This document shows positions 20,301 through 31,962 of a stretch of DNA of 64,000 nucleotides, piece after piece. Under the pieces are notes generated by a model. It was not told where the DNA came from and did no database searches. It worked only from the letters and a program-made list of their open reading frames with translations. The DNA lies in the NCBI RefSeq assembly GCF_003704095.1, contig NW_020845487.1, forward strand, positions 62,001 through 126,000, given 5' to 3'. The stretch's first letter is position 1. The number at the start of each line of letters is the position of its first letter. The position numbers and the translations under genes are program-made. The stretch comes from Pocillopora damicornis. Taxonomy: Eukaryota.

Positions 20301-23300
20301 CTTGGTAAATTTCTACTGATACAGCATCTTCGAAGTCTTTCGCGCAGTATAAGCTAATCCCATGTTTCATACTCGTCACACCGACACCCTTTCTACCTCT
20401 TGGTAAGCGGTCTTACGGTTCAGACGAATATACCTTTAAAATCAGCAGCAATTTCTCACGTAAATTACGCACAAGCATATTAAAGCCCAAAACTAACCCC
20501 TATTTTAACCTTTTTTTTTATAATACATCTGATTTTCGTGCCAGACTACGCTGGTAACTCCCATTCTCAATTTTTTAGGTAACATAATTACGATTTAGCC
20601 GTGAAACCTTACAAATATAAATTTGAAAAATAATTACATTCCTATTTCTCTAACGTTTCATTCTTAGGCCTAACAAATGTATGCAACAACTTCACGCACT
20701 TTACTTCTATAGTTACGTGAGCTCGTTTCTGGGCTCTGTAATGTGTTAACTGTGCATTCAAATCTCATTTGCGAGCAATTATACTTTTTATGTCAATCAG
20801 GTTGTTGATCCATGTGATTGTGGATACACCACTATGGCTGGTCCTTGCGGTTGTGCTTCTTGCTGTGGAAAGTCAAAGATTTCAAAAGAGGAAAACGATT
20901 CTCAGAAAGAGAAAAGGAGCGCCGAAGCTGATAAAAAGAAGCAGTCTAAGCGATGCGGATGTGGAGGTTGTGGAGGTTGCGGAGGTTGCGGAGGAGGATA
21001 TGGAATAGGTTTTGGTGGGTGTGGTGGCTGTGGAGGATACGGTGGATGTGGTGGCTGTGGTGGTTGTGGCGGATGTGGCGGATGTGGCGGATGTGGCGGA
21101 TGTGGTGGGTGCGGCCACGGCGGCTGGGGCGGTCATGGAGATTGGTTTGGTGACGTCGGACACGGGGACTGGTTTGGTGACTTAGGCCATGGCTGCGGAG
21201 GATGTGGTTGTGGGGGATGTGGTTGTGGCTGTGGCGGATATGGAGGACATTGTGGATACGGAGGTCATGGATGGTATGGACATGGTGGTTGGGGTGGATG
21301 CGGTCATAGTTGTGGTGGCTGTGGTGGCTGTGGTGGCTGCGGCTGTGGAATTTTCCGATCTAAACTTGCCAAGAATGACAAGAAACAAACAGAAAAGCAA
21401 GCGAAAGATAGCTCGCAGCCCGCTCAAGATAAGAAAGCAGCACCAGATGCGGGAAAAAAGGAGGAAAAGGCAACTAAAAGGTGTGGACTTTGGGGTGGTT
21501 TTGGAGGATGTGGAGGATTCGGTGATCTTGGTGGATTTGGAGGTTGGGGAGTTGGCGATTGGAACTTCGGTGGTTGTGGAGGTCCCTTCGGAGGCTGGGG
21601 TGGATATCCAGGTTACGGCTATGGCTATGGAGGCTGTGGTAGCTGTGGAAGCTGTGGAGGTTGTGGAGGCTTTGGGGGATGTGGCTATGGGGGTTATGGT
21701 GGCTGTGGAGCCTCTTGTGCTGATGCTGGACCGTGGACATTTTTTAATGGCGGCTGCTGTAAATCTAACGTGGGTGAAAAGGGTTCTTCTGATAGTGCTC
21801 ATGATGAGAAGTCTCCAGGCAAAGAAGCTGCGCCATTGTCTGTTCAACCAGCTGGGGGACCTACACCTATAGCCAAAGCTGCCGCTGCTGGTGCTGTGAA
21901 ACCCGGTCAACCAGAACCAGCACCAGCATCAGCACCTGCTAAAACTCGGGATCAACCAGCAGCCCGAGAAAAAGCTTCCAAACGCTACGGAATCCCTGGC
22001 TTTGGAGGTTGTGGATACTGCGGGGGCTGTGGACGTGGTTTCGGAGGCTTTGGAGGATGCGGAGGGTTAGGATATGGAGGATTAGGATATGGAGGGTTAG
22101 GCTATGGAGGGTTTGGATGTGGGGGATTTGGTCATGGGGGCTATGGACTATTGGGTCATGGATTTGGTTTCCCCGGCGGCTATGGTGGTTATGGCTGGGG
22201 ATTTCCAGGTTATGGATATGGTTACGGTTTCCCATTAGGTTTTGCTCGATCAAAACTTCCCCAGAAGAATAAAGACGTGAGACCAAATACTCGTGGGGAA
22301 ATCCCTGTAGCAGACGGTTATGTACAAAAGAAGAAGCAAACTATTCATCTTGGATATGGTTATGCCAGTGGTGATAACTATCGTCTTGGATATGGATTTG
22401 GTGGGATGGGAGGTAGCTAACTCAATTTTTTTCCAAGTTCTTATTTAAAAGTCAATAATCGTAAATGTTTGATTAAGGAAAGAAAAAAATGGCCTGCCGG
22501 AATCAATTCTTACTACTTTGTTATTCGGCGACCCCACAGCTGAGGTAGAGAGTAAGTAATGGACTTCCAATGATCGTTAAACTTACTAACCAAAAACAAG
22601 TTAACAAGTGTGACTAATAGGATTTAATCCTATTACAGCCAGTTCAATATTTATGTTTTTGTCTTTGCATATATTACAGAATCGTTTTCATAAGCTCTTT
22701 TATTAAAAGGTCTTAGTGCAATTTGTATGCAAGATATGGTTATGTTCGCCTTTCCTAGGTTTAGCTGGCTATCATGGAGTTGGTGGCGTTACTGGAACAT
22801 CCGTCTATCGCTCTAAGATTCCAAAAACGAGTGTAAAGGGCTTTAAAAGATGGGGCTGGGGACATGGTGGGTATGGCGGACACGGATTCGGTCATGGTCA
22901 TGGAGGATGGGGATATGCGGCACCTTATGGTCATCCCATTACCCATCCGGGATTCACAAGCATCGGATTTCCTGGACATGCCCTGGCAACATTTGACGTC
23001 AAAAACAGCATCGCTCAGAAGCGGGGAAAACAAAAGCGACAGATAGTTCCCTTTGGTGCAGTGAGTCCTGGTCCACTGGCTTTACCTGCCACTCTGCCTG
23101 CTCCACTTCCTGCTCTTGCACCTCTGGCTTTGCCTGCTACATACCATGCTCCTGTGTATGCCCCAGTTGCACATCCTGTTGCCGCTGTCCCTTCCTACGC
23201 CGCTGTGCCCGCAGCAGGCGCACTACCAGCGACTGCTTTACCTGTTGGCTGTGAGTAGACTTTCTTTGTGTTTGTTGCGCCTCCTGGTCTCACGACAAAG

Positions 23301-24042
23301 TTTTGAATTTTATTGACGTCACTGCTATGATTGATAAGGTCAATGGTAAATTGTGGTCGATCTGATTTTTACAATAACATCTCATGTGCGTGCTGTTCTT
23401 GTTGTTTTAATTTGTGTCATGTAATGACTTCTACAACAAAATATGATTATCAAAATGAATTACATGACCATAGATTCTGGTACCCTGAACTGTTATAACC
23501 CACTTAGTTTTAAATTTTGTGCCGTTTGTATTGGCATCGCTATGTATTTCGTCGCGGTCATCTACTTCCAACCTTGCGAACCGAGAACCGACTTTCTTTT
23601 ACCGTGCCTTTTCTTTCACCTAGACAAGTTCTTCTCCAAATGTTACTCCGGGTATACCGGTCATAAAAGTCGGAATTTCGTCACTGGCCACTTTTCAGAA
23701 ATTTGCAATTGTTTTACGGAAGTAAACTTCTTCTCCGATATGGCGTGGATTGCTCAGCGTTGCGTTACATGTTGCATCATTTCTATCTTCGATTGTTCTC
23801 GACTAATGAGCGCGCGAGAATTATCACAATAATTGTTATTATTATTATTATTATTATTACTGTAATTATTATCACTGTTTCCCTATTGAATGTCACAGCA
23901 TGTTAACATGGGCTTATCTGATTAAATTATAGTGCACCTTGGTGGACCAGCCGTTGCCGGACTGGCGCTAGGCCGCTCTAATATGCCACAAGGTTTTGGA
24001 CCTTTTGGTAACATAAAAAGATCCGAAATGCCAGAAAAATGA
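17376..24042 (+). CDS. Gene B: secreted Gly/Tyr/Cys-rich polyprotein precursor, 4 coding exons, about 1,331 aa, 11 modules
   Basis: Exons 17376-19157, 20801-22412, 22759-23250, 23933-24042 (alternative ATG 17367). Junctions gag|gtaaga..aatcag| (phase 0), ag|gtagct..cctag| (phase 1) and ct|gtgagt..attatag| (phase 1) keep the frame; total 3,996 nt. Signal peptide MRLNRFLFLAFLVITSLLVVHS, acidic propeptide, then modules after KR/KK (WLHHGYAGYGG, FGVEH, FYGYGH, CCGGCGG, SCCGG, CGCGG, CGLWGG, YGIPG, QTIHLG, WGWGH, QIVPF). Confidence 0.85.
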
Positions 24043-24057
24043 TTCAACACTTTATAG

Positions 24058-24997
24058 GTGAGGAAAGCTCAAACGGTAACTGAACTTGCAAGCTGGCCCC
24101 CACTCAAGGGTTTGTTCAGCCATGTATTAAATAGGCAAACACGTCAGCTCTTCTAGTCTTCTCATTTTATTTTTGTCATTCTTTGGTCTTGGTAATGTTG
24201 CCATGACGACCCCGAAGCGTATAGCATGAATTTTATTTTTTATCAGTTTGGCCTCTATTTGCTTTAACAACAACCCTCTTCAGATTAAATGGCGAAGATG
24301 ATTGACTCTGCAATTGCTGTGACTCGTGTTCGTGTGAACAGTAACTGCTCCTGTCCTGTTACATACGTTCTTTTCCGCATCTTTTTTTGTCGTCGAATGC
24401 CCTGTATTCTCTTTATTATTTCTAAGAGTAGAATGTGTGAAAAAGAATCCCAGTTAGATGAATACTCGTTGAAAATGACTCACCATGATATCAAAGCTGC
24501 ATTTATCACTTCTGCAGAACTTTGCAAAGAGAGAGAGTTCGAAACGCGGTTAACTGTATGACCGTGACTTCCGTTAATTTATTTTTTGGTACCTTACATA
24601 GATTTCTCTCAAAACTCTTCTCGATAGACTCGGTGCTTTACCTTCCCATCCACAGAGCTTCGTATCCCGTATAGAAAAAAGAGAGACAAAAGGAAGGGAT
24701 GGAGGAGGGGATCAGCTTTTTAGTCAAAGAAAATTGATGTCTTCTCTCATCTTCTTCTCTGTAAAATTGTTCTTTTCTCTTGCAGGTTGAAACAAAGAAC
24801 GTAGAAACTTCATCGTAGAAGAAATCACAAGAAAGAAATGAATTTTTGTTTTGTATCGTTAAAGGAAAGAGCTTTGTTAAGAAGTGTTATGGTTCATTTT
24901 TTTAATTATCTACACGGTGCAGTCGTGTTCCTGATCTGCACACAGACAGTAAATAATTTACCAGAAACGTTTTTAATTTCAAGTTGTCAAAAATAAA
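24058..24997 (+). other. Putative 3'UTR intron, terminal non-coding exon and polyA signal of gene B
   Basis: Donor ag|gtgagg 15 nt after the stop; polypyrimidine acceptor ttttctcttgcag at 24785; AATAAA at 24992-24997. Confidence 0.5.
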
Positions 24998-26231
24998 GTG
25001 ACATCACTGATTTACATATGATTGGTTACTCTTCTTCTCCATTCTCATTCTTTTAATTATCAAAATGGATGTCCTTGAATGAGAGTATAGGACAATTCAG
25101 TGTCAATCATGGTCGGTCTTAAAGAAAAAAAAAAGATTATTTGACATTATGACGTGTCATGACGGCTGAGAGATTAATAATTACTTTTATCTAGGGCCGG
25201 CAAATGTTTATGAAATGTACTAGCACGTTAGCTGTTCTGAATTTTTCCCCTGAAACCGTTGAGGGTTAGAAGAGGCTGTGTGTGTCTATAACCGTAAACG
25301 AGGTTTTTCCGTCATTACCTTTGTTAAAGTTTGTTCTTCTGACCACCCATATTCCCTTAACGATGCTTGCGTATCCCCTTTTACCATCCATCAGCGTTCC
25401 CTTATAACGTTTCAGCGAACTAACCCGTAACCGAGACGACTTGTGGGCGCAACTGACCCATAAGCGAAATGACTTGTGGGCATACCGACCAATAGCAAGA
25501 TGACTTGCGTTCGGGAGTCAAGGTGGATGCGCCAATATCATCATAGAGAAGCAGATTAACAAGCAAATAAAGAAAAGAAAACTTTTAACTGATAGAACTT
25601 GCTCAAAGAGCACTTGCCCTCCACCAGCTGCAAAAACAGCAATAGGAAATCCTTCACCAGTGGACCAGAGGACACTGATATACTTTGCACATAGTTTGTT
25701 ACGTTGGTTGGTTATTACATTATTTTGATAATAAAATTTGACTTGTGTTTGGTCCCTTGTAAGTGCTAGTTTCATTTGTAGAGAGAAAAATGGAGTACAA
25801 AAAAAAAAACACGATACCTTAATAATGGTTGCAGAATTTTTATTGCACTCTTTCATTTTCAAGTGCGCAAAAAGGTATGAGCCCCACCTTATTTGCACTA
25901 AGGCAATCCTTTCCTTCCCTGTTATAAATGAACGGACCGTAGGAAATTTGTATACAATGTATTCCATTTATAATTGTGATGTGCTTCAGACCTCTTAATT
26001 GTGCGTTTGGACTGCGACTATCCCGCGTTTATCACGCGACGGACAACCGGGGTAAACTGGGAACGAAAATGAAGTAAAGATGTTACGCGCGTGTTCGCGC
26101 TTGATGCATTCTCCATGGAGCGTAACAAACATTTTGGTTTTTCTTCATTTTCAAAGCCATTAGACTGAAAATTTCACTTTCAGCTCCATTCCGTTTTGAA
26201 AACGTGTCTATCCTCGTTCAATTTCAAGTAA

Positions 26232-29000
26232 ATGGCGTCAACGGTTGTGGCCCTCAGAAAACATGGAGGAAGCGTTTACGATGGTAAGACACTGCATGAC
26301 AATCGACTGTTCTTTAATTTGCCAAACTTAAGTTTGGGTGAAATGAAGTTAAAGTGCTCTTAACGCGATAAAATTGTTCCTATATCTTCAGCAATAACTG
26401 ATAGAGAATATCGATCGTTTAAGTATTCTTTACTGACTTCTGTGGTTTGAAATGTAAGCTTACAAGTCTGAAATATAACAATATTTTGATACAATCACAA
26501 ACTTCAGTGGGTTTGCATTCAAACGTCTTACTGATCTGCTGGCCCCATTACGTCTAAATTATTCTATGTTGTCTTAAGTAGAAGATCAAATTATCGGTAT
26601 GTTTAATACAAAAGAATTAGCAAAGTTGAATCCGTGATTAAATCACCATTCATTTTTTACGATAGTGTAACTTCTGCTTCTTTGTTTCTCAGCTTTGTTG
26701 CATGCACTTTTCTACATGCATATATTTACAATTGTTTTGTAATGTGTATGTGTGTCTTACTTGTGTGTATAATTTTGTCTTTCAATTAATTTTTTCCCGT
26801 TATTTTTTTAATATCAGTACTTTTTTGTTTGTTTGTCCAACCTATGAATTGATACTCTCCACTTTTTCTCTCTCTTTTATGCTTCTATGGTGGTGAAATA
26901 ACTCAATGAAAAAAAGATTTACCACCAAGCTATGAATGAGAAAGAGTGTGGATGATTGATGTGTTGATTTTGGGGGAAAAAAGGCTCAATCCTTTGGATA
27001 TCAGGATCAGTGTAGTTATTCTCCCCACTTGCTGCCATTCATTTCCTTGTACCAGTAATTAAGAAAAAAAAAATTTGGTGTTACTGTTATATTGAGCTTA
27101 CACCTTTCAGTTCATTAGCTTTCCTTTTCTCAACATCAGTTTGCAGGATAATGTCTTCAATTTACATGGTGAAGTTATTTGTTTACTGTATTTGGGAGTT
27201 AAGTAGGGTTAACCAAACTTCCTGCAGTTATTAGTAAGTTCCAAAAGATTGATTGTTTTTTCAGTCTAGTTGGGATCTCTCACTATTCTGTCACTATTCT
27301 AGCATGTTAGCCATGCTTAAGTTTTGTTGTGCAACATTTGCCCTGGTTTTCAACCAGGAGACTCAGAGGTCATTGAAAATATTAGCTAGTAGGAGAAAAC
27401 ACAGGACAAAGGAGGAGAGCCACGCAAGATCATTAAATTTAACTTTTTTCCAGTAGCTCTTATTAGAAAAAAAAAAAACAAACAAAAAACATAATAGGGG
27501 GTTACTGATTTGATTTATCTTTAGTTGATTATTACCTATTTCCTATTTATATATTAGACCTAGATATTTTTTATATGGTTGAATTATAAAATTTTCTTCC
27601 TTCCATGTATCTTCTGTAGGACTGATTTCATCATGGGAAGGTTTTCCTCAGCTCCAAGGTACTGAGAAATACCTTAACAGTGGTATTCTAGTGGAGCAAC
27701 TGTACTTGAGTAGGTGTTGGAGAAAATAACAGCGCTTTGTTTGTCAAACATCCAAGGTGAGTAGTTCAGTAATGTTTGAAAAACACTAAGCTAAGTTGAG
27801 TCATTGAACATGGTTTCTCAGCATTGTTCTTTGTATCCTGTATCTTGCATGAGAGGGATCACAATAACTCCATGTGATTACACATGCAAGTATTTCAATA
27901 TCATGGCAGATTTCTTTTTCTCAATCAGTGGACAACCTTACCCCTTTACACTCTAACAATTTAGTATGCATATTTCCCAAACTGTTCTCTTTTTTACATT
28001 TTTTATGGTGCTGAGAACGAGAGTTTGTTATGCTATCAACAGATTCTTTAGTTGATGATCATTACCTTCATCCTCTTGACTCTAATGTGCGATTCAGGGG
28101 TGATTTTGTACTTAAGAAGAAGTACATGCTAGTCATTTTTCAGTGGTAAAAGCTGGTTAACAAGTAAAAATGGTCTTTAACTATTAAATGAGCAGGATAT
28201 CCTATCTTTTTATTTCATGATTTTGATGTAAAAATTATCCCCATAAAGGCACATTGTGGAAAAATATTAAAGGAAATTGATAGGAAGGAAAAAAGGATAC
28301 ATGTATGTATAACTCAAAGCTTGCACAAAACTGTTACTCAAGGGTGCAAGTTTCCTTGAGTTGAGTTGATGTTGTTTGAAGATTGCAATTTTTTTTTTCC
28401 AAGAATTATATATCACATTGTTTCATATACTTGAGAAGTATTTCCTGGCAAGTGTCTTTTCAAGTAATATACATTGTACTTAAACCCTTGCCTCTAGCTA
28501 CATGCAGCAAAATGTAACATGAACCAGTTGCAAAACCCACATATTAGTACCAGTACAGGCATAAATGGCTATTTACTCACAAATGAGATGTAATGAGCCA
28601 ATCTTACCTTATCATATCTCTTTAGTGAGTACTTAATGGCCCTCTTTTCAATTAATTTATTTCTCAAAGAGATTGGTGCAGAAACCTTTTAAAGAAGTTT
28701 CAAAGGAGTCACTCAGTAACTTTATTCAAGAGGAATTATCTTTCACTGACATAATTATAGTAGTATAGTAGTTTCACATAATGTTGGAACCTTGTTTCTA
28801 CAGTTGACCCTTTTTATTTCCTTTGGGAGCCAATGATAAGCAGCCTTTGATAAGTCAGATTTACAAATTGCCAAAACAAGTTAACAATACCAATACAGGT
28901 AGAACTTTCTTATGTTTCAATTACTTTGTTTGAATCATTATTTATACCAAATGGTTTTATTTTTCACAGCCATTACAGTTTGTGAAAAGATTAATGTTTT
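26232..29000 (+). other. Possible spliced lncRNA or small-ORF gene (boundaries uncertain)
   Basis: CpG-rich patch at about 26.0-26.1 kb, then an exon ending atg|gtaaga (about 26283) and candidate exons with consensus splice sites at about 27148-27232 and 27620-27756, plus an acceptor at about 28969. Longest spliced ORF I could build is about 53 aa. The downstream body is strongly CpG-depleted. Confidence 0.3.
27938..28160. mobile_element. Degenerate ~220-bp MITE-like interspersed repeat
   Basis: Begins ttacccctttacactctaacaatttagtatgcatatt and ends gtggtaaaagctggttaa, i.e. decayed ttaaccc...gggttaa termini. The body matches, from memory, an abundant repeat of pocilloporid coral genomes; not verified by search. 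Confidence 0.6.
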
Positions 29001-31358
29001 GGATTTAACCTTTGAGTTGAGAGCTATTGTCACACACAAGTGGCTCCTTTTGGAGCCATTGATTTAATATTTAAGTTCAATGACCAATATTTTACAGCCT
29101 AAATTTTGCTGTGCTGGTTTTTTCATATTACTGGCAGTAGTAGTCATTTATAAATTTTATGAAATGAACTGGACTATGGTTTTAAGCCAGTTAAGTGCAC
29201 ATGATGTATGATTTTAGGCTGGTTATAAAGTGATGTCTTAGATGATTTTCAATTTCTATATGGGGATTTGAGGGAAAACTTATTAAAAAAATCTTTGCTA
29301 TCAGCCAGACCTCTTTCTTTGGAAAAAAAAAATTCAGAAGCAAAGTTTAAGGCTCCTCTAAAATAGCTGGGCTTTCACAGGTGAATAGACATGGAATTAC
29401 TACAATTTAAAATATTATTTTGTTCTTGGTTTTTAATCATGATTTTATTTTGATTTCTGGAGACTGGTTATGACTATCATACATGTAAGTGCTATATCAA
29501 ACAAAAATGAGGAAAGTTATGATCCAATCAGCAATGAAATACTAGTTATTGGTGCATGAATTTGCCAAGAGATTACATTCACTACAAGTACAGATACACC
29601 TCACTCAGTGAAACCAGAAATCCACAATTTGATGAATTTATAATACTATGTCAACATGCATGAAGCCAACGAGTCAACATACACATAGGCAATGAATCAA
29701 ACCAAAAAACCCAACAATTGCAGGATGAAAACTGGTCTATTTACCTTACCCCGCTGGCACACTTTCATTGAATCTAAAGCTTGTCCTCTCATGGTAAAAT
29801 GGACTTAGCATTTCATCTGATGAGTTTCCAAGAATTATATTTAACTTAAAAGGAGCTTCTCAGTTGACTCTAAATAAAACGTTCTGCTTTTGTTGTTGAA
29901 ATGTCAGCTACAGTCAACATAGAGACTACAGCTCTAACTGAGGTCAAGAAAAATGTCCAACTGACATATCCATCTTTTGGTATGGATGATCCACTCATTG
30001 ACTTCAATTGTACTGTCCTGCACATATCTTTGGTATGTTTTTATTTGTTAAAAGGGAAAGAAAAAGGAAAATTTAGGTTTAAGGTTCGCAAAAAGAAAAA
30101 AATCTCTCTGTTTAGCACTAAATGTCTTGAATACTGAATTCATTAAGAAGATTAACTGAGATCAGATGCCCATAATCTTTTACATTTTAAATTATATTTT
30201 CTTGTGGAACAAAAGTTGTTTTAGCCAAAGGCCAATTCTTTTATTCTTTGTTTGACCACTTGAAGAGTTTTAATTCCATATTAAAGTTGCAGTTAAGTTA
30301 AGTTAATGGTCCATTTTAATGTAACATTACACACCAAAAGTGATAACCTCTTCTTTAAGTTGCATTTGTGGCTAACTGCAAATTTTCAACAAAAATTAAT
30401 AAAACTCAGCAGCGCTATTGATTTTGGGACTTGAGTTTGAGTGTTCTTTAAGTGGCATGATAGCTTTATTATCTACATTTTGATGGTGAAAAAGTACACT
30501 TGATGTATATGTTGCGAGTGTACTTGCAGATGTCGATGCAAAAAGGAAAAATTATGGTTCAAAACAAAATATTTAATGTGCTCTGTATGTGAAGGAGTTA
30601 TATAATTTGTCAATATAAATAATTATAAAGTTTAACATTCTTGAAAAAGTCTCGCACACAGCAGAGTAATACTTGATAAAATTTTAAGGCACAGATAAAA
30701 TTTTAAGGCACAGAAGCTTAAGTTGAGCAGTAGGGAAAAATAGACATGATCTCAAAATTGTATTGAGTTTATGATTTTACAAAGGGCTCACCTGACAGAA
30801 ACCACTCCCAACGTAGCATTGACTTTTAATATCCACGGAATGTGTAATTCCAGGGCAGTCAAAATTTTGGAAGCTTCCAAATAAAGGGAATGACCTTAGT
30901 GCTTCAGAGGACCCCAAAAAGTCTTTACAATGATGATTGTTTTGTCAGTTGCAGGACTTCATGTGAATTATAGGTTACTAAAGAATCATCTTCTGTAAAT
31001 GTAAAATATAAATACAGCTTCCCAGTGACATTATGCCTTAGTCTACAAAACATTCAGTCTTCCCAAACAAAAAGCATTGCAAAGGCTTTCTGAAAGTGTT
31101 TTATTTATTTATCAAATTACAAAATAAAAATGGGATTGGTGGTCTTCCTAGGTCTGGCAGATTTTTCTCACTGAATTATTTACTCAACATGCAGTTGCAA
31201 GAGTGATTGAATCCTGTTGTAACAATCTAAATTCAAGGAGAGTTAAGAATTTGACAACAATGACTGAAAAGTATATTTTAGTCACAAAAGTGAATCAAAC
31301 TTACATGTAAGATTTTGACAATTGGCTAATAATAGTCCATTTATGAGCATCTCTATTG

Positions 31359-31797
31359 ACAGTCAAACCTGTGTTAAGGATCACCTTATTAATCGGTCAC
31401 ACTGTATTAAGGGGTTGTTAGTAAAGTCCGAAATTTATTCCCCTGAATCACTGAAAATTTTGCCTCTATTAATCGGTCACCTCTATTAAGCAGCCATGGT
31501 CACCCTCAACTGAGTCCCAATGGCCTGTTTGCATCATCTTCCACTTGTATTGAATGCTCAAACTAGGAATAATCTTTCAAATAATTTTAAATCCATGTTT
31601 CTCTCCCAAAATTAAAGTAAGTAGTATTTTTTGAAAATGTACATTAAGTGCAAGATTATGGCCAATAGTGCCATTGTGTATCATTTTTTATAATACTCCT
31701 TGTTATAATACCTCTGTAATGTGGAACCTGTATTAGACAATCAACCTGCCACCACACCATTCTCTGTGAGTGACTGTTTAGTTTAAGTTAGATTGTA
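31359..31797. mobile_element. Degenerate Tc1/mariner-like MITE
   Basis: Left end acagtcaaacctgtgttaagg; internal sub-repeats tattaatcggtcac; decayed right end gtgactgtttagtttaagttagattgta, resembling the reverse complement of the left end. Confidence 0.45.
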
Positions 31798-31962
31798 CAC
31801 CCATACCCATAATGTTAGAGCATGTCCTAGAGCATATGCCAGGGTTCTTAGTATTTCAAGCGAGTCTTCGTGCCAATATATTACATGTAAGTTTTGTTAG
31901 TTTTTTTCTACAAATGTGGTACCAAAACCGTACATTTTTATGTGTAAGGTAGGGGCTTCCTT

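Noticed and set aside
25425-25510. Three ~30-bp units containing gacttgtgggc/gacttgcg
   Set aside because: Short degenerate tandem repeat, likely a transposon remnant, with no link to the cluster.
26888-27028. Imperfect terminal inverted repeat (gtggtgaaataact...agttattctccccac) suggesting a snoRNA
   Set aside because: No well-placed C/D or H/ACA boxes recognisable by eye; needs an Rfam scan.
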